Assembly: GCA_965277285.1 (NCBI GenBank)
Contig: OZ255721.1
Coordinates: 2,848,001-2,912,000 of the forward strand
Length of the DNA: 64,000 nucleotides
From: Abditibacteriaceae bacterium
GTDB taxonomy: Bacteria; Armatimonadota; Abditibacteriia; Abditibacteriales; Abditibacteriaceae
Reading direction: 5' to 3'
The notes below the pieces were generated by a model. That model saw only the letters and a list, made by a program, of their open reading frames with translations. It searched no databases and was not told where the DNA came from. A program made the position numbers and the translations under genes. This document shows, piece after piece, positions 31,978 to 43,014 of the stretch. The number at the start of each line of letters is the position of its first letter. The stretch's first letter is position 1.

Positions 31978-33261
31978 TTAAGAAGCAACCAGATTCGTTT
32001 GAAGAGGAGCGATCTCGAACGTTGCGTTCGGGCGCGTCGGCGTAAAGTTGAAGTCGGCAAAAACAATTCCTTCGCTCGTCGCTTCATCGTTGCCAGCCGC
32101 GGGATAAGGCAGCAACGGAATCACTTCGATGTGGCACGCCTGCTCGAATTTATCCATCACGCCCGCGCTACATAAGAACATATCAAGCTGATAACTACCC
32201 GCTTTGAGCCATGGCGTTTTAATTGTAATTTCGCCATGATAAACATCTTCAGCGTCAATCCAGTACTCGATAAGACGCGAGTCGCATTGCAAAATCGTCA
32301 CGCCGTAGCTATCCACGATGTGACACGAAATAAAATAGCGCCCCTCGAACGACTTCATGCGCTCGACTGTAAAGCGAACCGTTTTTTCTTCCCCACACTC
32401 GAAAAATTCTTTGGTTGGAGAAATTGCAGTCACGCGCATTTCGCCGGTTCCACCGCGCCGTTTCGGGTCAGTTATTTCGGTCGCACTTTTTTGAAAACTA
32501 CTCATGTAATGTTCAATCGCGCCAGGAACCGCACCCAAATACTTCAAGCGCCCTTTTTCCAGATACATGGCGCGATTGCACAACACTTGCACCGATTGCA
32601 TATGGTGGCTGACGAACAAAACAGTGCGACCACTGCTCGCCACATCGCGCATTTTGCCCAAACACTTTTTCTGAAACTCAGCATCGCCGACCGCCAACAC
32701 TTCATCAACCAGCAAAATTTCCGAACTCAAGTGCGCTGCCACGCCGAACGCCAGGCGCACATACATACCGCTACTATAGCGTTTGACCGGCGTATCGAGA
32801 AACTTCTCCACGCCCGCGAAATCGACGATTGCGTCGAATTGACGGTCGATTTCGCGGCGTCGCATTCCCAGAATGGCACCGTTGAGATAAATGTTTTCGC
32901 GTCCTGTCAATTCAGGATGAAAGCCGGTTCCCACTTCAAGCAAGCTGCCAACGCGGCCATAAAGATTCACTTCGCCCTTTGTCGGCTCGGTGATCTGGCT
33001 GAGAATTTTCAGCAGAGTACTTTTGCCCGCGCCATTGCGCCCGATGATGCCGACGACATCGCCTTGCTCAATGTCAAAGGAAACATCGCTCAGCGACCAG
33101 AACGTTTCCCGATCAGAGCGCTGCATCGGGTTTTTCATGCGTTCTAACAAGGTTTCAGCCAGCGTTGTATGACTCACGCTGTTATGCGCGATAACATAAC
33201 TTTTGGAAAGATCGCGCACCTGAACTGCCACTTTTTTTGCGATTCCGTTTTCAGATGACAT
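31978..33261 (-). CDS. wzt: Polysaccharide ABC transporter ATP-binding protein with C-terminal Wzt domain
   Basis: GRNGAGKST, LLEVGTGFHPELTGREN, YSSGM and DEVLAVGD. Confidence 0.93.
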   Translation of the reverse strand: MSSENGIAKKVAVQVRDLSKSYVIAHNSVSHTTLAETLLERMKNPMQRSDRETFWSLSDVSFDIEQGDVVGIIGRNGAGKSTLLKILSQITEPTKGEVNLYGRVGSLLEVGTGFHPELTGRENIYLNGAILGMRRREIDRQFDAIVDFAGVEKFLDTPVKRYSSGMYVRLAFGVAAHLSSEILLVDEVLAVGDAEFQKKCLGKMRDVASSGRTVLFVSHHMQSVQVLCNRAMYLEKGRLKYLGAVPGAIEHYMSSFQKSATEITDPKRRGGTGEMRVTAISPTKEFFECGEEKTVRFTVERMKSFEGRYFISCHIVDSYGVTILQCDSRLIEYWIDAEDVYHGEITIKTPWLKAGSYQLDMFLCSAGVMDKFEQACHIEVIPLLPYPAAGNDEATSEGIVFADFNFTPTRPNATFEIAPLQTNLVAS

Positions 33262-34141
33262 CAGCAAACTTCCTTTCCATTTTCTTGAAGGCAAACGCAC
33301 CCAGCACAAAAAGCCCGATTGACAGACATGCGGCATACAGCACGGCGCCCCACGGCATGCCTTCATTTCCCGTCACCGACCAGCGAAATGCTTCCAGCAG
33401 GCTTGCCAGAGGATTGAGGAAAAAGTAAAACGGATGCCACGCCGCAGGAATGCGTGACATTAAAAATGCGGTCGTGTAAGGGATCGGGCAGGCAAAAGGC
33501 AAAAACGACAACAGCACAGGAAGAATATATTGCACATCGCGGTAGCTGACAGCCATCGCTGCCGTAATTAATCCGACGCCCAGCGCCAATAATAAAATCA
33601 ACGCCACCCAGATCGGCAAGGTTAAAATCGCCAAGCTCGGCGCGATATGATAAGCCACCATCAAACCGGCCATCATGGCCAACGCGACGCCAAAGTCAAT
33701 CAAAGTGGAAAACGCTGTCGACAGCGGCAATAACAAACGCGGAAAGAAAACCTTGGAAATTAAAGCCGCATTGCCGACCAGTGATGTGCTCGACTTGCTC
33801 AACGTTGTGCTGAACACGTTGAAGGCGAGCATTCCGACGTAGTTAAAGACGAAGGGCGGAACTGTCCCCGTTGGCACTTTCGCTACGCGATTGAAAATAA
33901 AAGACAAGAGCCCGGCGCCCAGCAATGGCTGAAAAATCACCCATAGCACGCCCAACGCAGTTTGCTTGTAGCGCAATTTCACATCGCGCTCGGCGAGAGT
34001 AAAAAGCAAATCGCGGAACATCCACAATTGCTTTACGTTGATCGCCGCCCATCCAGAACTGGGGCGCAATGTGAGATAAGGCTTGTCCGTAGGTACAACA
34101 GGAGAAGAAGTCAAGGATGTGTCAGAAAGAGAACTACTCAT
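33251..34141 (-). CDS. wzm: Polysaccharide ABC transporter permease
   Basis: RDVKLRYKQTALG, KVFFPR, YRDV and LNPL. Confidence 0.93.
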   Translation of the reverse strand: MSSSLSDTSLTSSPVVPTDKPYLTLRPSSGWAAINVKQLWMFRDLLFTLAERDVKLRYKQTALGVLWVIFQPLLGAGLLSFIFNRVAKVPTGTVPPFVFNYVGMLAFNVFSTTLSKSSTSLVGNAALISKVFFPRLLLPLSTAFSTLIDFGVALAMMAGLMVAYHIAPSLAILTLPIWVALILLLALGVGLITAAMAVSYRDVQYILPVLLSFLPFACPIPYTTAFLMSRIPAAWHPFYFFLNPLASLLEAFRWSVTGNEGMPWGAVLYAACLSIGLFVLGAFAFKKMERKFADVI

Positions 34142-34259
34142 AAGATCAAGAACAAAAGAACATCAACCAACGCACATACGTCATCGCATAAACGGGGCTT
34201 TCAACAAGCGTACACCGAATCGAGTACTCGATTCAAACATCCTGAAGGGAAAACGTTCA

Positions 34260-35546
34260 TCAATGTTGACCATTACGAGAACTTGCCAGCACGTTTTGGT
34301 CGATTTTGAAATCATCATCGGCAGAAACTTCGCCCAGAGGATCTTGGTGCATGACAGCATGCAACGCGCCATTCTCGCCGCTTGCATTCAAGCGTGCATA
34401 ATCAGACAGTTCGCGGTCGTGACGCTCGTGGTTTTGTTGATCGGCTTTGTCAGCACGCTTCTTCCGGTTCAAAGCCCGTTCGATCACGGCTTCCATGTTA
34501 CGACGGAACACGGCAGTTTCAAAGCGTCGCGCATTGGCACGAATCAGATTGGAATCCCATTCGATGGTTTCGGCACGTTGCACGGCAGCGCACAATGCTG
34601 CAACTGTTTGCTCAGCGAAGAGAACTCCGGTGACACCATCGCGTTGCGTGTCCAGCGCGCCTCCTGCCGCATAAGCGATCACGGGACGTCCGCAGGCATT
34701 CGCCTCAACGGGTGCAATCCCGAAATCTTCCTCGCCCGGCATGATGAAACCACGCGCCTGCGCCATCGTGCGCGCTGTAGTTTCATCGTTAACGCGTCCC
34801 AAAAACTCCACGTTTTTACCGGCGCGCGCCTTCAGTTCGTTCATCTGGCGTCCGCTGCCGATGACCTTGAGCGGTTTGCCCAATTTAGTAAAGGCATCGA
34901 CAGCCAGGTCAAGACGCTTGTAAGGCACAAAACGCGACACGACCACGTAATAATCCTCGACAACTGGCGAAATATCGAAGCGGCTAATATCGACAGGTGG
35001 ATAAACCAAGTCGCAATCGCGCCCGTAGAACTTGCGAATGCGCTGTGAAACAATCGTCGAATTGGCAACGTAACGATCCACGCGCGAGGCCGAAACCGAA
35101 TCCCACATCCGCAAATAATGCATTCCAGGAACCAGCAGCGAGCGCAAGGTACCGCCCACTTTCTCATTCTGCATATAATCGCGCGTCGCCCACGCATAAC
35201 GCATCGGTGTATGTTTATAACAAACGTGCGTCGTATGCGGCTGCGTGATAACGCCTTTGGCAAAGGCCGAAGACGAACTTAATACCAGGTCGTATTGCGA
35301 CAAATCAAAGGATTCAAAAGCGATCGGGTACAACAAGATCGCCATACGATGCGTTTTCTGCTTCATCCACAACTTTTGAATAAAGCTGGTTCGAATATCC
35401 CACTGGCGATAACGAGCTGGCATCGCCTGCGCATCATAGGCCGAAGTATAAACAGGTGCGTCAGGATACATGTCGTGGAAAACTTCCACGACTTTCTCAG
35501 CGCCACCCATTTGCATTAAGAAATCGTGTACAATTGCTGTTTTCAA
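34260..35546 (-). CDS. Glycosyltransferase family 4
   Basis: VHDFLMQMGGAEKV, HTPMRYAW and EDFGIAPVEANACGRPVI. Confidence 0.92.
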   Translation of the reverse strand: MKTAIVHDFLMQMGGAEKVVEVFHDMYPDAPVYTSAYDAQAMPARYRQWDIRTSFIQKLWMKQKTHRMAILLYPIAFESFDLSQYDLVLSSSSAFAKGVITQPHTTHVCYKHTPMRYAWATRDYMQNEKVGGTLRSLLVPGMHYLRMWDSVSASRVDRYVANSTIVSQRIRKFYGRDCDLVYPPVDISRFDISPVVEDYYVVVSRFVPYKRLDLAVDAFTKLGKPLKVIGSGRQMNELKARAGKNVEFLGRVNDETTARTMAQARGFIMPGEEDFGIAPVEANACGRPVIAYAAGGALDTQRDGVTGVLFAEQTVAALCAAVQRAETIEWDSNLIRANARRFETAVFRRNMEAVIERALNRKKRADKADQQNHERHDRELSDYARLNASGENGALHAVMHQDPLGEVSADDDFKIDQNVLASSRNGQH

Positions 35547-35714
35547 ACCTCATCACCTCCCATCACATCGATTCTATTTCTCTGACTTTTCTCATTCAAA
35601 AACAAAAGTGAGACAATCATTTCGAGTACTCGTTTCGAGGCGGGCCATGGTGCGACAACAATATCAATCACATTCATGAGTGCCACGACATGCGATGACA
35701 CACCTTCAAAAAGA

Positions 35715-38099
35715 TTAATTGCGTCCGTAAGCGCCGTAGTACTGCTTTTGGAACTTGTCATAAGAGCCGTAGCCAAGTGATTCAGCCGTTGCTTTGTTTA
35801 ATACGACGCCCAGCACTTGTGTTCCCGTATGTGTCAACGATTGGCTTGAGCGCGTAATTTCCCTCTTACCAGCTTCTTGCATCGAAACTACCAAAAGCGC
35901 AGCATCAGTCATCGAAGCGACTATTTGCGCGTCGGTCATAACAAGAGCTGGTGGAGTATCAACAATCAGCAAATCGCATTCTTCGCCGAGCTTTGAGAAT
36001 ACGGCGCGCGCCGCCTTCGAGTTCAATAATTCAGGCGGATTGGGAGGAACTGGCCCACTTGCCAGAAGAAACAAGTTAGGGACCGATGTTGCTTGCAGGG
36101 CTTCTTCCAATGTCGCGGTTCCAGCGATCAGGTTCGTAAAGCCAATACGGTTCGTCAAATCGAAGAATGTATGGAGCGTTGGGCGCCTTAAATCGGCGTC
36201 CAACAGGATGACTTTGCGCCCGTCTAATGCCATTACAAACGCCAAATCTGTGCTGATGGTCGATTTGCCTTCGTTTGGTTGAGTACTCGTTAGCGTGATT
36301 GAACGCAAAGCTTTGCCCAACGATGCGAACTCGATATTGGTGCGCAACATTCGGTAGCTTTCCAATAATATGGAAGTCGTGTTGCCTGTTGTCAACAGCG
36401 ATTGCTGACTTTTGTCCTTGATAAAGGGAATCTGTGCCAGGATAGAAAGACCGCTTGCTTGCTCCGCTTCCTGCTGCGAATGAACACGGTCATCGGCATT
36501 ATCCACAATCACCGCGGCTGCAACTGCCAGCACCAAGCCAACCATTATCGACAGCAACAAATTAGTTTTCTTTTTTGGGCTGACGGGGACAGGATCTGGA
36601 GTCGCTGGAGTCAGTACTACAGCGTCCGAGATGCTCGTTTGTTCTTGCAAGCGCATTCCAATATAACGCTCATTGAGCAATTTGTAAGTTGCTTCCAATG
36701 TTTCCAAGTCGGTCATCAATTGACTCAAGCGATATTGCTGGTCAGGTAACTGCTTCAAACGATCGGCTGCGACTTGTTGTGCCGACTGCAGGGCTTGAAG
36801 GCGTGATTCTTGCGCCCAAACTTTCGATTGTAGTACAGCCGCCTGCTGCAAACCATTTTCGCGCACGGGGTTAGGATTTGTGCTCCAAGCGCCCACTTCG
36901 GTTTGCGCTTCGGTCGACAAACGCTCTTTCAAGTCTTTGATCTGTGTGTCCAGTTGCCGAATTTCATCGCTTTGCGGCGCATACTCCTGCGCCATTTTCA
37001 AGCGCTGCAATTCGAGCGAGGTCAGGCTGGATTTCAAGTCTTCCACCACAGGGCGGCGCCTGATTCCTGCCGGTCGCACTTGCATCGGCGCCATTTTCCC
37101 TACCATAGCACGTATCGCGTTGAGTTCCGCAGTATCACTCGCATGATCCGCTTCCACCGCTAGAACTCCCGATTGAATCTCGCCATATTGAGAAATCAAT
37201 AACTTAGATTCCTCAGTCGGATCAACCGTGTGATTGTTTTCCTGGAATTGTTTATAAGCCAGTCTCTTGGCATTCAGATCGGCCCTCACTACGCGCAAAC
37301 GATCTTTCAAATAAGCAGTCGCAGAAGTCGCCTGTTCACGGCTCTGGCTTTTATTTTGATTGATAAACTGCTGGGCGACGGCATTCACATAAATCGCAGC
37401 GGCCTGGGGATCATAGCTTTGCCCGGACAAAGCAATTAAGTCGGTTTCGCCAATTTGATCTGCCGACACGCTGGAGTACTCTTGCAATGTTTTGACAACA
37501 TTGGGATTGCTTTCTTCCAGAGTTTTGATGGCACCGCCCAAGGTACGCGGTCCTTGCAAAATGGCGATCTGAGTGGCGCGAGAGTTGGCTTTTGCCCCGC
37601 CAATCAAATTCGCTATTAGGGGCGATGACTCGGCAGCTGAGGCACTCGGACTTGAGCCACTTACTGGATCGCTGAACAGCAATGTTGAAGACGAATTGTA
37701 AATCGGTCGCGTCAAAGAAGTGAGCAATATGCCCAGCGCCACAACCGAACCAAAAACGGCCAGCATAATCCAGCGGCGACGGCGCAGCATTGCAAAAATC
37801 TTGCGCCAGTCAACATTGTCCTCATCGCTTTGAGACGGTGTCGATAAAGGGCGAAATGCGCCAGCGTAACTATTTGCTGCTGCGGTATCAAAACGGCTGT
37901 AGGAACCGTTGCCATGGAACACGCCTTCGCCCACAACAGGCTGGCTGATGTTGTTCAATCCATGGGAAATATCGGCGTCCTGATGATTCCCGTTGGCGCT
38001 ATGCGCACTCCCGTTACTCGCCGAGGTATTCGTCCCAGCGATGTCAGAGGAAACAACCTCCGCCGGAGAAAAAGGATCGTTCGTGGTATTTTTGTTCAT
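35715..38099 (-). CDS. wzc: Wzc-like polysaccharide co-polymerase / BY tyrosine autokinase
   Basis: Two TM helices around a coiled coil, ESYRMLRTN, PNEGKST, DADLRRP, DTPP and a Tyr-rich C-terminus. Confidence 0.92.
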   Translation of the reverse strand: MNKNTTNDPFSPAEVVSSDIAGTNTSASNGSAHSANGNHQDADISHGLNNISQPVVGEGVFHGNGSYSRFDTAAANSYAGAFRPLSTPSQSDEDNVDWRKIFAMLRRRRWIMLAVFGSVVALGILLTSLTRPIYNSSSTLLFSDPVSGSSPSASAAESSPLIANLIGGAKANSRATQIAILQGPRTLGGAIKTLEESNPNVVKTLQEYSSVSADQIGETDLIALSGQSYDPQAAAIYVNAVAQQFINQNKSQSREQATSATAYLKDRLRVVRADLNAKRLAYKQFQENNHTVDPTEESKLLISQYGEIQSGVLAVEADHASDTAELNAIRAMVGKMAPMQVRPAGIRRRPVVEDLKSSLTSLELQRLKMAQEYAPQSDEIRQLDTQIKDLKERLSTEAQTEVGAWSTNPNPVRENGLQQAAVLQSKVWAQESRLQALQSAQQVAADRLKQLPDQQYRLSQLMTDLETLEATYKLLNERYIGMRLQEQTSISDAVVLTPATPDPVPVSPKKKTNLLLSIMVGLVLAVAAAVIVDNADDRVHSQQEAEQASGLSILAQIPFIKDKSQQSLLTTGNTTSILLESYRMLRTNIEFASLGKALRSITLTSTQPNEGKSTISTDLAFVMALDGRKVILLDADLRRPTLHTFFDLTNRIGFTNLIAGTATLEEALQATSVPNLFLLASGPVPPNPPELLNSKAARAVFSKLGEECDLLIVDTPPALVMTDAQIVASMTDAALLVVSMQEAGKREITRSSQSLTHTGTQVLGVVLNKATAESLGYGSYDKFQKQYYGAYGRN

Positions 38100-38251
38100 G
38101 TGCTAATGTTTCAACGGTTGATGTTTTAACCGCTTAAGGCGACTTAATTCAACAATTCTGATGGCGGTTGCACTTGTTCGCTAAGAAGTTCGCTCGCAAT
38201 ATGCAACCGCCCGTTCCTCAGTAGCTCCAAATGGAGCAAGCCTCTTTCTTT

Positions 38252-40201
38252 TTACAGCCTGAAGATACTCAACAATCCAACGCCACGCGTGATGACATCC
38301 CAGGCGGACAAGCTTTGTGAGCCTTGCGGAACATAAAGAATGTCGCCGGCTTGCAGCGCTATACCCGAATTCTTCTGAATATCAGTCGCTGTGTTCAGCC
38401 GTAAAACACGGCGTTGCATGCCCTGTGGCGTTTGATGCAAAATGGCGACTTCCCTCAATTTGGCTGTATCAGTCGGGCCACCGGCCAGCGCCAAGGCTTC
38501 GCCCACGCTCAAAGGACGGTCTTCGGGAAGCGGATAAGAACCCGGGACCTTGACTGCAGCCATAATGAGTACTCGATTCATGTTCTGCGGCACGACGACA
38601 TAATCGCCATCTTGTAACTTGACCGTGGAGGCTTGGCCATTTTTAATGGCCTCCAGTGCATCCACCATTTGAACTTGACCGTTATTGTGCGTGATCGTAA
38701 TTTGGCGCAGTGATCCCAGCGGCGTAATGCCTCCAGCGCGCGACAAAAGTTCCTGCAAACCGTCGCCTGTATGCAACTCGAAACTGCCCGGCAGCTTGAC
38801 TTCGCCCGCCACAAAAACTGTTTGCGTTTGGAGAGCAGAAACCGTCACTACATCGCCGTCTTGTACTTCGGCGTTCTGGCTCCAGGAATGCTGCAACAAA
38901 AGTCCCACAGGATCAATATCCATTGTGAAAGGTTTGGTGCCAACCGAGGGGACGCGACGTGTGATGCTGATGCGTGTTTGTTCCGGACGCAGGGTCAGGC
39001 CACCCGCTTGCGCCAGAATGTCCGCTAAGCGCGGTGTTTTAGCTTCTTCGATAAAGACAGGCCCGGGGCGTGAAACGGCCCCCAGCACTGTGATGCCTTG
39101 TGATTCCGGCACAAAAATGGTATCGCCATCTTTCAAGTTCACATTGCCATCTTGCACACCTTGCACAACGATTTTGTAAAGATCGATCGGTGTCCGTGTG
39201 CCATCGGCATGGCGAATTACAGCGCGCGACAGTGCCGCGTGCGAGTTGCCGCCGCCAGCCTGCGACAGCGCTTCAGAAACGCTCATCGTCGTGCCGTCAG
39301 CAATCGAGTAATAATTTGGCCTGTTGACTGCTCCCAATACTGTCACGCGATCTTGAGCTTGTGGCACAACAATCAAGTCGCCGGATTGCAGCTTGAACGA
39401 ATCTTCGCCCTGCCCGAGAACAATTGATTTATAAAGATCAACCGGAAGCTCAGTACCGTTACGACGGACGACCACGCGCGATAGTGCGGCTTGCGAGGTT
39501 GCGCCACCCGCCAGCGAAATCGCCTGCACAATGCCTTGACCAAGCGGCACATCCACCGGACCAGGCTTAGAAACCTGTCCAGCGACACTGATATGAATGA
39601 CACGTTGCGTAAATTGCAAAACGTCGCCAGTGCGCAGCACATAGTTGTTCTGCGAATCGCCATTGGCGTAAATTTCCGCCAATTTCAAAGGAATCGGTTT
39701 CATGCCAGCGCGATTGAGTACGCCATTGGTTTGATCAGGCAAAGCGACCAGGCCACCCGCCATGGCCAAAGCTTCGGTCACGCGAAACCCCGGCTTCATT
39801 TCGTAAACGCCGGTTTTGTTGACCGCACCTAAAACAAAGACTCGCTGCGAACGCTGTGTCCGCAAAGCCACTGTAACGGCAGGCCGCAAGAGCGTCGTCT
39901 TCAAGCGTTGCGTGATTTCCGCCGCGACTTGCGACGTCGTTTTACCAACCACGTAAACATCGCCCACGTCCGGCACTTGAATACGCCCCGAAGAAGGCAC
40001 GATCTGCATCTCAACACTCAATTCGGGATGACGTAGCACAATAACGCTCAACACGTCATCCGGCCCCAGAGTATAGGCTTGTGCCCGCGCTGCGCCGCTC
40101 GAAAACACCCAGAGCGACAGGACAAATGCAAAAGCCGACAAACGACCCCAGGTGCGACACAACCCTTTAAAATCAAACGAGGAAACCAAAGAAAACATCA
40201 T
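38252..40201 (-). CDS. Wza-like polysaccharide export protein with multiple SLBB domains
   Basis: YTLGPDDVLSV (Poly_export) followed by about six V-x-G-x-V-x-x-P...AGG repeats. SD AGGAG. Confidence 0.88.
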   Translation of the reverse strand: MMFSLVSSFDFKGLCRTWGRLSAFAFVLSLWVFSSGAARAQAYTLGPDDVLSVIVLRHPELSVEMQIVPSSGRIQVPDVGDVYVVGKTTSQVAAEITQRLKTTLLRPAVTVALRTQRSQRVFVLGAVNKTGVYEMKPGFRVTEALAMAGGLVALPDQTNGVLNRAGMKPIPLKLAEIYANGDSQNNYVLRTGDVLQFTQRVIHISVAGQVSKPGPVDVPLGQGIVQAISLAGGATSQAALSRVVVRRNGTELPVDLYKSIVLGQGEDSFKLQSGDLIVVPQAQDRVTVLGAVNRPNYYSIADGTTMSVSEALSQAGGGNSHAALSRAVIRHADGTRTPIDLYKIVVQGVQDGNVNLKDGDTIFVPESQGITVLGAVSRPGPVFIEEAKTPRLADILAQAGGLTLRPEQTRISITRRVPSVGTKPFTMDIDPVGLLLQHSWSQNAEVQDGDVVTVSALQTQTVFVAGEVKLPGSFELHTGDGLQELLSRAGGITPLGSLRQITITHNNGQVQMVDALEAIKNGQASTVKLQDGDYVVVPQNMNRVLIMAAVKVPGSYPLPEDRPLSVGEALALAGGPTDTAKLREVAILHQTPQGMQRRVLRLNTATDIQKNSGIALQAGDILYVPQGSQSLSAWDVITRGVGLLSIFRL

Positions 40202-40634
40202 ACATCTCCTATCAACATATGCAATGAAACGGCATCGCAACGATACATCGAATGTGATCTTACATCAACTGCCACCAGTATCAACTGTCACCGAATTGGC
40301 GTCTTCTTGATCGTCTTAAAATCAACGATAAGAAATCGTCGTCCCTAATTATGCCAGAGATTCTTTAACAATGTATTACCGAATGACGCTTTTGTAAGAC
40401 TCGAGAACGAAATTCCATGCTTTCGCAAGATTCAACGAACGCTCTCGGTAGCATCGCAGGAAACAAACCTGTTTATCAAGCCGCGTCGAGACGTTGTCAA
40501 TAAATTGTTGTTCAGCGCTTTTAAGAAAAATTCTATTTCGCTCATAGCACATTTTCTACCCACATACTGTGTCGCAACTTCTTGGCCTTTTGTCAGGAAC
40601 AGCTTTTATCAAGCTAAAACTATCAAGCTAAAAC

Positions 40635-40672
40635 AAAAAACGTCGCGCTGCAATGAACACAGCGCGACGTTT
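40635..40672 (-). terminator. groEL intrinsic terminator
   Basis: AAACGTCGCGCTG...CAGCGCGACG followed by a U-tract on the minus strand. Confidence 0.75.
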
Positions 40673-40716
40673 CCTTATATCTGAGAATACTCTTATCGAG
40701 TACTCGATGTGGCGAT

Positions 40717-42363
<1,647 letters not shown>

Positions 42364-42371
42364 TCACTCCG

Positions 42372-42552
42372 TGAATGAATTGACGATTGTTGAATGACGA
42401 TTGACAAATCCGAATCAAACGAACAGTTTCGTCATCTTGAGCGCAGCGAAAGATCTAATTGAAGTCAGATTCTTCGTTTCACTCAGAATGACACACTAAC
42501 AGTTTCGAGTACTCGATATTCGTCAATTGTCAATCTGCAATCGTCAATTGAT
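42372..42552. repeat. Nested repeat: ~7-nt-subunit inverted arms enclosing a family A REP (42431-42492) and a 12-mer palindrome (42505)
   Basis: TTGACGA/TTGTTGA/ATGACGA/TTGACAA on the left and TCGTCAA/TTGTCAA/TCTGCAA/TCGTCAA on the right. Confidence 0.75.
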
Positions 42553-42845
42553 TAGTTGCTCTTAACTGCCAAAATGCTGCTTTCGTCCAAAATCAAGTAG
42601 TCTTTGCCGTCCAGCTTGATTTCGGTGCCGCCATATTTCGAGTAGATGACCAAATCGCCTTCTTTGACCGTGATCGGCGACTTTTCGCCGCTGTCCAACG
42701 TGCGTCCCGGCCCAACCGCGATGACCGTGCCTTCCTGCGGACGCTCTTTCGCCGTGTCCGGCAACACGATGCCGCCCGCCGTCTGCTCGCCCGCCGTGCT
42801 GGGCTGAACCAAAACCTTATCGCCCAACGGTGTAATCTTTGCCAT
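42552..42845 (-). CDS. groS: Co-chaperonin GroES
   Basis: [21 protein letters not shown] and KYGGTE. Confidence 0.99.
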   Translation of the reverse strand: MAKITPLGDKVLVQPSTAGEQTAGGIVLPDTAKERPQEGTVIAVGPGRTLDSGEKSPITVKEGDLVIYSKYGGTEIKLDGKDYLILDESSILAVKSN

Positions 42846-42889
42846 TTTGCCCTTCCTCCAAAACCAAATGTTGAATGTTTAAGAAAACG

Positions 42890-42916
42890 TTAGCACTCAA
42901 CACACCTGAGTGCTAA
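42890..42916. promoter_or_regulatory. CIRCE element (HrcA operator)
   Basis: Exact TTAGCACTC-N9-GAGTGCTAA upstream of groES. Confidence 0.97.
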
Positions 42917-42927
42917 CACCAAGAACA

Positions 42928-42956
42928 ATTATAGGCGCGCCTTCGGTTGGCGTCAA
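42928..42956 (-). promoter_or_regulatory. Sigma70-type promoter of groESL
   Basis: Minus strand TTGACG-N17-TATAAT directly upstream of CIRCE. Confidence 0.9.
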
Positions 42957-43014
42957 GATGTTTCGGGGAAATTACGGGAATAAAACGGATAAGCACGCAT
43001 CGAGTACTCGATTC

